From: Eledone cirrhosa | Lineage: Eukaryota | Length of the DNA: 64,000 nucleotides | Reading direction: 5' to 3' | NCBI GenBank assembly: GCA_964016885.1 | Contig: OZ024740.1 | Coordinates: 29,760,001-29,824,000 of the forward strand | In this document: positions 29,931 through 41,100 of the stretch, piece by piece | Numbering within the stretch: position 1 is the stretch's first letter | Layout of the letters: each line of letters begins with the position of its first letter | The notes under the pieces: generated by a model | Told to the model about the DNA's origin: nothing | The model's input: the letters and a program-made list of their open reading frames with translations, nothing else | Database searches by the model: none | Program-made: the position numbers and the translations under genes

Positions 29931-30125
29931 GATGGATTGACAGTATTGTTACAAGGTCGGACGCCATACTTTGTAGTACTTACGGCCCTTTTCAATCTGA
30001 GTTCAAATCCCACCGAGGTTAACTTTGCTTTTCATCCTTACGGGGTCGATAAAATAAAGTACCAGTAATGCACTGGTATAATTGCTGGCCTCGTGCCCAA
30101 TGTAGAAATAATTATTATCATTATC
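29931..30125 (+). mobile_element. Degraded tRNA-derived SINE copy
   Basis: Pol III B-box-like GAGTTCAAATCCC at 29999-30011, followed by a central block CTTTTCATCCTTACGGGGTCGATAAAATAAAGTACCAGT and an (ATT)n-like tail at ~30110-30125. From memory it resembles a very abundant octopus SINE. No database search was run, and the boundaries are approximate. Confidence 0.7.
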
Positions 30126-30427
30126 ATATTACTTTAAGTCAAATTTAAGTTTGTGTATTCAATATTTCAGGTACAGTTTACTTTCTTTCCATAATTTATC
30201 CCTCAAGAGTCACCCTGTTGTCATAAGTAAAGTAAGCTCTCGCTTTTCTGTTTCCAATGCTCGTGACAATGTGATATCAAAACGAGACTTGCTCTGATTT
30301 CCACAGATATTGCTTGTTTTGGGTTTTAGATGATACTTCAATATGGCGGCGGTAATGAACTGTGAATGTTTCACGGAGATAAACTGCCAGCAGTCACCAA
30401 TGCTGCTTTCAGCCGACTAACAACAAT

Positions 30428-30548
30428 TATATGTGTATGTATATATATGTGTGTGTGTGTTTCTGTGTATCTGTGTATGTATGTGTATGTATGTGTAAGT
30501 GTATATGTAAATATGCATAATAGCATATTCATTTATATATATATATAT
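30428..30548. repeat. Compound (TA)n/(TG)n/(TATG)n microsatellite, left part (split by the LINE)
   Basis: TATATGTGTATGTATATATATGTGTGTGTGTGT...TATGTATGTGTATGTATG...ATTTATATATATATATAT. Confidence 0.9.
30531..30548. repeat. Target-site duplication, left copy (ATTTATATATATATATAT)
   Basis: This 18-mer is identical to 34895-34912 and includes the non-repetitive ATTT start. The preceding bases differ (C vs A). The exact length is somewhat ambiguous within the TA run. Confidence 0.8.
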
Positions 30549-30554
30549 GTTTCT

Positions 30555-30560
30555 TTTATT
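30555..30560 (-). terminator. Polyadenylation signal AATAAA at the LINE 3' end
   Basis: Plus-strand TTTATT lies 6 nt from the element end/TSD. Confidence 0.7.
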
Positions 30561-30811
30561 TGCCACTAGGGCATCAAAAGTGGGACAAGTACAAAGGGGG
30601 GAGTTTACACAAAAAGGCGTCCTCAATAAGGAGGAGGCAATAACAAAATATAAAAATAAAATAAGATATAACAAAAAATAAAATTTATAACAAAATCCTC
30701 AATAGAGAGGAGGCGCCTTGGGGGGTCGCACACACCCCCGAAAAAAGTGTGCCACCCTTCTCCTCAGGAGCACAGAGAAGGGGTGCTCCCTTGGTCTTTC
30801 ATCTTCCTCAC

Positions 30812-33800
30812 CTATAGTCTGATGTAGAGTGAAGGCCCATTCACACGGGCCATTCTCGCCACTTTCACCCATCTTTCATAGAAACGGCTGGGGTGCAGCA
30901 CCTCTCTCTCCATCCTGATCCTTCTTCCGAAATGATATCGGAAGAAACGGACCAGTTGTTGGCCAGAGAGAAAGGTGCCTGACCTCAGTCCTTTCAGACG
31001 CGTCCACCATACAACCTCTTTCGCCATGGCTATTACGCACAGAAACACCGCCTCTGCTTCATCTTTGAAGAGGGGAGGCGGCTTGATCATTACAATAGAC
31101 TCGGTGGTCAACCGGATCGGTCCCGCCCTTGACAGCAGTTGTTCGACATAGCCCCACAGATCGGCTACGCCCGAGCAGTGTACCAATGCGTGTGCAACGG
31201 TTTCCTCGTCGCACACGCATCTGGGACAGATCTTTTTGGCGGGGTCCCTACCCGGGCGCCCGTGTCTGTAGAGCCTTTCTCGAACAGGTAAAGCCCCTCG
31301 GTAGCACTGCCAGGCCAGGGACTTCTGGAAGTTGTCCATAGGTCCCGGGCTGAATGTCCTACCGAACAGGCTGGCCAGTTCGTCCTCCTCCATGTCTAGG
31401 GCTTCTCCGAGGACGTCGTCGCACCTGCTGCGTACCAGCCCTCTATAGAATGTTGCGGTGGAGTCTCCACTGATAACCGGATCCGCCTGCCAGAGGGCGG
31501 TGAGCGCCTGGGCACACTCAGTGTGCCAGGCGCCCAGTTTTCTCGGTCTTTGCTTGACCCAGCATTGCAGCTCGGTGAGTGAGACGAGTCTGGGAAAGGT
31601 TCGTCTCACAAACGAGGCCCACACCGGTTGTCCGGTGAGGAATACGTAGAGGTGCCGTAGCCTTAATGCGTGTTTACGCATCATTAGCCACGGCATCCCC
31701 AGCCCTCCTTTCGAAGGGTGTTGACAGCAGATGGATCTCCTCACCATAGGAGCCCGCCTCTTCCAAAGGAATTGGAAGAGCGCGCGCTCCATCTTGGTGA
31801 GGGTTTCCCTTGGGCAGGGCACTACGGTCAGGCGGTAGTAGATGACGGACGCTATGTAGGTGTTCGCCACCTCCGCCCGACCTTTCAGGGATAGTTTGCA
31901 ACTGGCCCACTTCTGGGTCAGTGCAAACACCCTGTTCGTAACCTCCGCCCAGTTTTTCTCCACCTGGAGGTCCGGTCCGAACCAGACCCCGAGCAACTTT
32001 ACCGGGCCCTCCGTCCAGCGTCCGACGACGCCATCGGAGGGCATCGGTCTGCCCCTCCACGTGCCGAGTTGCAAACCGATCGACTTGTCCCGGTTCAGCT
32101 TAGCCCCTGTGAACTTTTCGTACTCCTCCAGTAAGGTGCCGACCGCCTCGATTTCGGAGGCCGTCGACACCATTACTGTCACGTCATCGGAGTAGGCCGA
32201 CACCGCTTTCCGCAATTCCGGTTCCAAAGGGATGCCCTGCAACAACTCCAACTTCTGCAGTAGTGGCTCGAGAGTCAACACATACAGAAGGGAGGAGAGA
32301 GGGCACCCTTGTCGGATGGACCGCGCGATTTTGAACGGCTCCGAGAGGTAGTCGTTCACCTTGACCCTAGAGCAGATGCGGCTGCTGTGCATAGCAGTGA
32401 TCCAGCCCTGAAAACGGGTCCGAAGCCTGCCGCCGCTAGCACCGCATCCAGGTAACCATGGTCGACCCTATCGAACGCCTTAGATTGATCCAAGTTGATC
32501 AGAGCCCCACCAAAGCCGGGTTCGTTCCCAACCCTCTCTATGATGTATCGCATGAGGTGGAGGTTGTCATGGATGGACCTGGACGGGATAGCGCATGTCT
32601 GCGCATCTCCCACCAGGTTGCCCACGACAAGCGCCAACCTCTTTGCTAGCACCTTGGCCAAAATCTGTAACTCTGTATTTAGCAGAGTTATGGGCCTGAA
32701 GTTACTTATTTCGTCCCCCTTGTTCTCGTCCTTCCTCACTAGCGTGACTACGCCCTTGGTCACAGTACAGGGAATTCTCCCGTTCTGTTGCCAGTTGCAG
32801 TAGACCGCCTCGAGGAGATCGGGGAACAAGTCCGGCATAGCTAGATATAATTCGTAAGGAAGACCATCGAGACCCGGGGATTTGCGTTTGCCGCATTGGC
32901 TCAGCACGTCCTCTATCTCAGCGGCCGAAATCGGCTCCTCGCAGGACTTCGCCCCACTATCCGAGAGGCGCGGCAGGCCGTCGAGGTATGGACCGAAGTC
33001 CACGTTCCCAACCGGCTCCCCGCCCCTCCCGAACAGTCGGGCAAAGTGCCTTTGAAAGGCCTCACACATCTGCTTAGGCTCAAGAATCGCCCGTTAATCC
33101 AGGTCTCGCAAAGACCGGATGGTGGATTTAGTTCCACTGTTGGCCTCTGTCACGCGGGCCCAGCTAACAGCTTTGGTCCCCTCGTTCCCTAGAGCACGTA
33201 TTTTACTTCGGACAACGCAGCCTTCGTGCTTCGCGTCGAAAAACTGGCTCAAAGCCGTTCTCGACGCTAGCACTCTGGCCACGTCGCCGCTTCTGATTGC
33301 CTCTTCTACTCTATCTATTAGCTCCCTTTCCTTCCTATTCCTATCCGCAGCTAGAACCTTACTAAATTCTATCGAGACTACTCTAATCTCTCTCTTTAGA
33401 GATACCCACCACCTGCTGTTGACGATCGCTCCAGTCAACCGTTCCTTAACTAACGTACTAATCCGATTCCTGTAGGCTCTACTTGCCGGCAAGGACAAGT
33501 TGAGCTTCCAGTAACCGGGGCCCTGTCTATGAGTTCTGTCAAGGTTGACCATGCAGGTCACTAATTTGTGGTCTGAATAGCCAACCATGCGCATTTTTGG
33601 ACAACTTAAAAAGTCCTTATCCTTAATTCTAACTAAGAACCTATCTAGGTACGACCTAGATGATCCGCTACGATTTGCCCAAGTCCAGGTTGGTGCAGTC
33701 GGAAAATCTAGTCGATATCTATCGGCCAGGTCAAATCGACCGATTAACCCTTTGAGGCTATTACACCCCTCTCTATCGGGGCAGGCCCCTACGTAGTCCC

Positions 33801-34248
33801 AGCGTGCATCTAGGATACCATTCCAGTCCCCCACTAATAGCAAGGAGCGGGACGTCCCTAGAAAAGTCTCCAGACGATGGAAGAAGTCCGGCCGCATTGA
33901 CCCGAAAGGGCCGTAGGCGGCTACCAACCTAAACGCTCCGCCTTTACCACTGCCAAGGTCCAGAACCACTAGTCGACCCTCCGGGTCCAAATGTACCATC
34001 TGTGTTGCGAGACCCAGATGTTTTTGCAGCAGAACGACAACTCCACCCCCACCTCCGGGCTGACAGAGAGATGCGTGCATCTCAAAGTCATCAAAGGTGG
34101 GGGCCAGCTGTCGCACGTTGCTGATCCGGGCCTCGCAAATAACCATCACATCTATACGTTGTGACCTGAGGTCATTTAGAAGCATTGCTTGCTTCCAAGT
34201 TGAGCCCAGGCCACGCGCATTTAAACAGCCTACTCTTAGCATAGCCAT
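30812..34248 (-). pseudogene. LINE ORF2 (APE endonuclease + reverse transcriptase + C-terminal zinc knuckle), ~1145 aa if repaired; one in-frame stop and one 1-bp frameshift
   Basis: Endonuclease motifs (33094-34248): CLNARGL, VICE, VGDWN, SYLDRF, SDH. RT motifs: KSPGLDGL, NFRPITLLN, LDQSKAFDRVDH, IRQGCPLS, AYSDD, KLLGV. The C-terminus has CPRC-x8-H-x4-C. TAA at 33094-33096 is in frame with the downstream piece (..RDLD*RAILEPKQMCEAF..). The frame change at ~32406-32408 is repaired by adding one G (FR-G-WITAMHS). ATG is at 34248, with an alternative at 34242. Confidence 0.93.
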
Positions 34249-34272
34249 GTTGGTGGTGAAGAGAAAAGGCAC

Positions 34273-34893
34273 TTACCTCTCTGCGTCCCGGGTATCGGGC
34301 TGCACAATTTCCATTAGGGTGGGGTATGGGTTGTTGGTTGGGGTGGTGGTTTGTGGAAGTGTGGGGGCATCAGTGTGTTGTGTGGTTGGGGAGCTTGGAG
34401 TTGTGTGGGTGTTTGGGGAGGGGGTGGGATAGTTTTTTAGGAGGACGCGGTTAATGGGCCCGACGCAGGGGGGACCCACGTCCTCTTTAAAATTGTTTTT
34501 TAAAGTTTTATAGGTGTCCTGTGGGGCCTTAATCATTTTGAGGTGGGGGAAATCCCCTGCCTGGGTGAAGTTAGGCCCTTGTGTTTTTATTAGATTGTTG
34601 TTGTACACAATGTTTAACAGTTTTTTGTTTCTTGTGTTTATGTATGTGTATGCATGTTTTTGTTTTTGTGTGGTGTTTTTTGTTTGCTGTTGTTGTGAGC
34701 TCTTTTGTGTTGGTGTCAGTGTTATGTTTTGGGGAGGGTTTTTTTTCATTTGTGTGTCTGAGGTGTGTTTTCTTTTTTTTCTTTTGATTGTGTGGAAGTG
34801 CTCCTCCTCGCCTGACGACGAACTAGGGTCATCTTCCGCGTTGGAGGGGAGGGGTATATTTTCGGGTTGTGTTTGCGGTACGGGTGTTTTGGA
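34273..34893 (-). pseudogene. C-terminal remnant (~206 aa) of LINE ORF1, lacking its 5' end
   Basis: The frame is open from the 5' truncation point (SKTPVPQTQPENIPLPSNAEDDPSSSSGEEEHFHTIKRKKRKHTSDTQMKKNPPQ...) to TAA at 34273-34275, 24 nt before the ORF2 ATG. The sequence is low-complexity and P/T/Q/K-rich with a basic KRKKRK cluster. The ORF1 identity is inferred from position. Confidence 0.7.
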
Positions 34894-34894
34894 A

Positions 34895-34912
34895 ATTTAT
34901 ATATATATATAT
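34895..34912. repeat. Target-site duplication, right copy (ATTTATATATATATATAT)
   Basis: Identical to 30531-30548 and directly abuts the truncated 5' end of the LINE. Confidence 0.8.
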
Positions 34913-35100
34913 ATACAAGCATATATATGTATATATATATATGCGTGTGTGTGCGTGTATGTATATATTAATTATGTACGTATGTATGCATGTATTATTT
35001 ATTTATGTATGTATATGTATGTATATATGTATAAGTGTGTGTTAGTAAGTGTATGTTGATTATTATATATGCAACTGTGTAGGTGTGTATGTTTGTATGT
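34895..35100. repeat. Compound (TA)n/(TG)n/(TATG)n low-complexity tract, right part
   Basis: TATATATATA...GCGTGTGTGTGCGTGTATGTATATA...TATGTATGTATATGTATGTATATATG. Same character as 30428-30548. Confidence 0.88.
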
Positions 35101-35108
35101 CCTTGATG

Positions 35109-38100
35109 TAAGTCTCACCATACATTACCACATATAAGTCTCACCATACATTACCACATATAAGTCTCACCATACATTACCACATATAAGTCTCACCATA
35201 CATTACCACATATAAGTCTCACCATACATTACCACATATAAGTCTCATCATACATTACCACAGTCTCACCATAGATTACCACATATAAGTCTCACCATAC
35301 ATTACCACATATAAGTCTCACCATACATTACCACATATAAGTCTCACCATACATTACCACATATAAGTCTCACCATACATTACCACATATAAGTCTCACC
35401 ATACATTACCACATATAAGTCTCACCATATATTACCACATATAAGTCTCACCATACATTACCACATATAACTCTCATCATACATTACCACAGTCTCACCA
35501 TACATTACCACATATAAGTCTCACCATACATTACCACATAAGTCTCACCATACATTACCACATATAAGTCTCACCATACAGCACCACATATAAGTCTCAC
35601 CATACGTTACCACATATAAGTCTCACCATACATTACCACATATAAGTCCCACCATACATTACCACATATAAGTCTCACCATACATTACCACATATAAGTC
35701 TCACCATACATTACCACATATAAGTCTCACCATACATTACCACATATAAGTCTCACCATACATCACCACAGTCTCACCATACATCACCACATATAAGTCT
35801 CACCATACATTACCACATATAAGTCTCACCATACATTACCACATATAAGTCCCACATACATCACCACAGTCTCACCATACATTACCACATATAAGTCTCA
35901 CCTTACATCACCACAGTCTCACCATACATTACCACATATAAGTCTCACCATACATTACCACATATAAGTCTCACCATACATCAACACAGTCTCACCATAC
36001 ATTACCACATATAAGTCTCACCATACATTACCACAGTCTCACCATACATCACCACATATAAGTCTCACCATACATTACCACATATAAGTCTCACCATACA
36101 TTACCACAGTCTCACAATACATTACCACATATAAGTCTCACCATACATTACCACAGTCTCACAATACATTACCACATATAAGTCTCACCATACATTACCA
36201 CATATAAGTCTCACCATACATCACCACAGTCTCACCATACATTACCACATATAAGTCTCATCATACATCACCACAGTCTCACCATACATCACCACATATA
36301 AGTCTCACCATACATTACCACATATAAGTCTCACATACATCACCACAGTCTCACCATACATTACCACATATAAGTCTCACCATACATCACCACAATCTCA
36401 CCATACATTACCACATATAAGTCTCACCATACATCACCACAGTCTCACCATACATTACCACATATAAGTCTCACCATACATTACCACATATAAGTCTCAC
36501 CATACGTCACCACAGTCTCACCATACATTACCACATATAAGTCTCACCATACATCACCACAGTCTCACCATACATTACCACATATAAGTCTCACCATACA
36601 TTACCACATATAAGTCTCACCATACATCACCACAGTCTCACCATACATTACCACATATAAGTCTCACCATACATCACCACAGTCTCACCATACATTACCA
36701 CATATAAGTCTCACCATACATTACCACATATAAGTCTCACCATACATCACCACAGTCTCACCATACATTACCACATATAAGTCTCACCATACATCACCAC
36801 AGTCTCACCATATATTACAACATATAAGTCTCACCATACATCACCACAGTCTCACCATACATTACCACAGTCTCACCATACATTACCACATATAAGTCTC
36901 ACCATACATTACCACATATAAGTCTCACCATACATTACCACATATAAGTCTCACCATACATCACCACAGTCTCACCATACATCACCACATATAAGTCTCA
37001 TCATACATCACCACAGTCTCACCATACATCACCACATATAAGTCTCCACCATACATTACCACAGTCTCACCATACATTACCACATATAAGTCTCACCATA
37101 CATCACCACAGTCTCACCATACATTACCACATATAAGTCTCACCATACATCACCTCAGTCTCACCATACATCACCACATATAAGTCTCACCATACATCAC
37201 CACAGTCTCACCATACATCACCACATATAAGTCTCATCATACATTACCACAGTCTCACCATACATTACCACATATAAGTCTCACCATACATTACCACATA
37301 TAAGTCTCACCATACATCACCTCAGTCTCACCATACATCACCACATATAAGTCTCACCATACATCACCACAGTCTCACCATACATCACCACATATAAGTC
37401 TCACCATACATCACCACAGTCTCACCATACATTACCACATATAAGTCTCACCATACATTACCACATATAAGTCTCACCATACATCACCACAGTCTCACCA
37501 TACATTACCACATATAAGTCTCGTCATTCATCACCACAGTCTCACCATACATTACCACATATAAGTCTCACCATACATCACCACAGTCTCACCATACATC
37601 ACCACATATAAGTCTCACCATACATCACCTCAGTCTCACCATACATCACCACATATAAGTCTCACCATACATCACCACAGTCTCACCATACATCACCACA
37701 TATAAGTCTCATCATACATTACCACAGTCTCACCATACATTACCACATATAAGTCTCACCATACATCACCTCAGTCTCACCATACATTACCACATATAAG
37801 TCTCATCATACATTACCACAGTCTCATCATACATTACCACATATAAGTCTCCACCATACATCACTACAGTCTCACCATACATTACCTCATATAAGTCTCA
37901 CCATACATCACCACAGTCTCACCATACATCACTACAGTCTCACCATACATTACCACATATAAGTCTCACCATACATCACCACAGTCTCACCATACATCAC
38001 CACATATAAGTCTCACCATACATCACCACATATAAGTCTCACCATACATTAACACATATAAGTCTCACCATACATCACCTCAGTCTCACCATACATCACC

Positions 38101-41100
38101 ACATATAAGTCTCACCATACATTACCACAGTCTTACCATACATTACCACAGTCTCACCATACATTACCACAGTCTCAGCATATATTACCACATATAAGTC
38201 TCACCATACATCACCACAGTCTCACCATACATCACCACATATTAGTCTCACCATACATCACCACATATAAGTCTCACCATACATTACCACATATAAGTCT
38301 CATCATACATTACCACAGTCTCACCATACATTACCACATATAAGTCTCACCATACATCACCACAGTCTCACCATACATCACTACAGTCTCACCGTACTTT
38401 ACCTCATATAAGTCTCACCATACATCACCACAGTCTCACCATACATCACCACATATAAGTCTCACCATACATTACCACAGTCTCACCATACATTACCACA
38501 TATAAGTCTCACCATACATTACCACATATAAGTTTCACCATACGTTACCACAGTCTCACAATACATTACCACATATAAGTCTCACCATATATTATCACAT
38601 TTAAATCTCACCATACATTACCACATATAAGTCTCACCATACATTACCACATATAAGTCTCACCATACATTATCACATATAAGTCTCACCATACATTACC
38701 AGCCTCACCATACATTACCACATATAAGTCTCACCATACATTACCAGAGTCTCACCATACATTACCACATATAAGTCTCACCATACATTACCAGTCGCAC
38801 CATACATTACCACATATAAGTCTCACCATACATTACCACAGTCTCACCATACATTACCAAATATAAGTCTCAACATACATTACCACATATAAGTCTCACC
38901 ATACATTACCACATATAAGTCTCACCATACATCACTACAGTCTCACCATACATTACCACATATAAGTCTCACCATACATTACCACATATAAGTCTCACCA
39001 TACATCACCTCAGTCTCACCATACATTACCACATATAAGTCTCACCATACATCACCACAGTCTCACCATACATCACCACATATAAGTCTCACCATACATC
39101 ACCTCAGTCTCACCATATATTACCACATATAAGTCTCATCATACATCACCACAGTCTCACCATACATCACCACAGTCTCACCATACATTACCACATATAA
39201 GTCTCACCATACATCACCACAGTCTCACCATACATCACCACAGTCTCACCATACATTACCACATATAAGTCTCACCATACATCACCACAGTCTCACAAAA
39301 ATTAACACATATAAGTCTCACCATACATTACCACAGTCTCACCATACATTACCACATTTAAGTCTCACCATACATCACCACAGTCTCACCATACATTACC
39401 ACATATAAGTCTCCACTATACATCAGCACAGTCTCACCATACATTACCACATATAAGTCTCACCATACATCACCACATATAAGTCTCACCATACATTACC
39501 ACATATAAGTCTCACCATACATTACCACATATAAGTCTCACCATACATTACCACAGATAAGTCTCACACATCCATCACCACAGTCTCACCATATATTACC
39601 ACATATAAGTCTCACCATACATTACCACAGTCTCACCATACATTACCACATATAAGTCTCACCATACATTACCACATATAAGTCTCACCATACATCACCA
39701 CAGTCTCACCATACATCACCACAGTCTCACCATACATTACCATATATAAGTCTCATCATACATTACCACAGTCTCACCATACATTACCACATATAAGACT
39801 CACCATACATCACCACATATAAGTCTCACCATACATTAAAACATATAAGTCTCACCATACATCAACACAGTCTCACCATACATTACCACATATAAGTCTG
39901 ACCATACATCACCACATAAGTCTCACCATACATTACCACACATAAGTCTCACCATACATCACGACAGTCTCACCATACATCACCACAGTCTCATACATTA
40001 CCACATATAAGTCTCACCATACATCACCACAGTCTCACCATACATTACCACATATAAGTCTCCACCATACATTACCACATATAAGTCTCACCATACATTA
40101 CCACATATAAGTCTCACCATACATCACCACAGTCTCACCATACATCTCCACATATAAGTCTCACCATACATCACCACATATAAGTCTCACCATACATCAC
40201 CACAGTCTCACCATACATTACCACATATAAGTCTCACCATACATCACCACATATAAGTCTCACCATACATTACCACATATAAGTCTCACCATACATTACC
40301 ACATAAGTCTCACCATACATTACCACATATAATTCTCACCATACATTACCACAGTCTCACCATACATTACCACATATAAGTCTCACCATACATCACCACA
40401 GTCTCACCATACATTACCACATATAAGTCTCACCATACATTACCACATATAAGTCTCCACCATACATAACCACAGTCTCACCATACATTACCACATATAA
40501 GTCTCCACTATACATCAGCACAGTCTCACCATACATTACCACATATAAGTCTCACCATACATCACCACATAAGTCACACCATACATTACCACATATAAGT
40601 CTCACCATACATTACCACATATAAGTCTCACCATACATCACCACAGTCTCACCATACGTTACCACATATAAGTCTCACCATACATCACCACAGTCTCACC
40701 ATACATTTCCACATATAAGTCTCATCATACATTACCACAGTCTCACCATACATTACCACATATAAGTGTCACCATACATCACCACAGTCTCACCATACAT
40801 TACCACATATAAGTCTCATCATACATTACCACAGTCTCACCATACATTACCACATATAAGTCTCATCATACATTACCACAGTGTCACCATACATTACCAC
40901 ATATAAGTCTCACCATACATCACCACAGTTTCACCATACATCACTACATATAAGTCTCATCATACATCACCACAGTCTCACCATACATTACCACATATAA
41001 GTCTCACCATACATCAACACAGTCTCACCATACATCACTACAGTCTAACCATACATCACCACATATAAGTCTCACCATACATCACCACATAAGACTCACC

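Larger units (their letters stand above)
30549..34894 (-). mobile_element. 5'-truncated non-LTR retrotransposon (LINE), L1/Tx1 clade, 4346 bp
   Basis: It contains an ORF1 C-terminal remnant, an ORF2 with APE endonuclease, RT and CCHC knuckle, and a ~260-nt 3' UTR ending AATAAAAGAAAC. It is flanked by an 18-bp direct repeat and is visibly GC/CpG-rich against AT-rich flanks. The clade call rests on motif style (LDQSKAFDRVDH, RQGCPLS, LSLKGR..VAN, HPSKGGLGMP). Confidence 0.93.

Noticed and set aside
30163-30310. Possible exon bounded by TTTCAG| (30170), GTAAGC (~30232) and TTCCACAG| (30306)
   Set aside because: Such splice-like motifs are common in AT-rich DNA. There is no coherent reading frame or supporting exon in the window, so it cannot be supported without RNA data.
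29886-30674. ORFs 29886-30068, 30366-30569 and 30417-30674
   Set aside because: They are translations of SINE and microsatellite sequence (VCVCIYM, IYIYT runs) with no domain features.
30812-34272. Three separate genes, a programmed frameshift, or a bacterial retron/group II intron/DGR-type RT associated with a repeat array
   Set aside because: The pieces are collinear parts of one LINE ORF2 with an APE endonuclease, AATAAA and a TSD. The breaks are a point stop and a 1-bp deletion with no slippery heptamer. Nothing links the RT to either satellite beyond proximity.
31129-35059. Antisense and alternative-frame ORFs overlapping the LINE (e.g. 31860-32195, 33119-33475, 34514-35059)
   Set aside because: These are shadow ORFs expected in GC-rich or low-complexity coding DNA, with no recognisable motifs.
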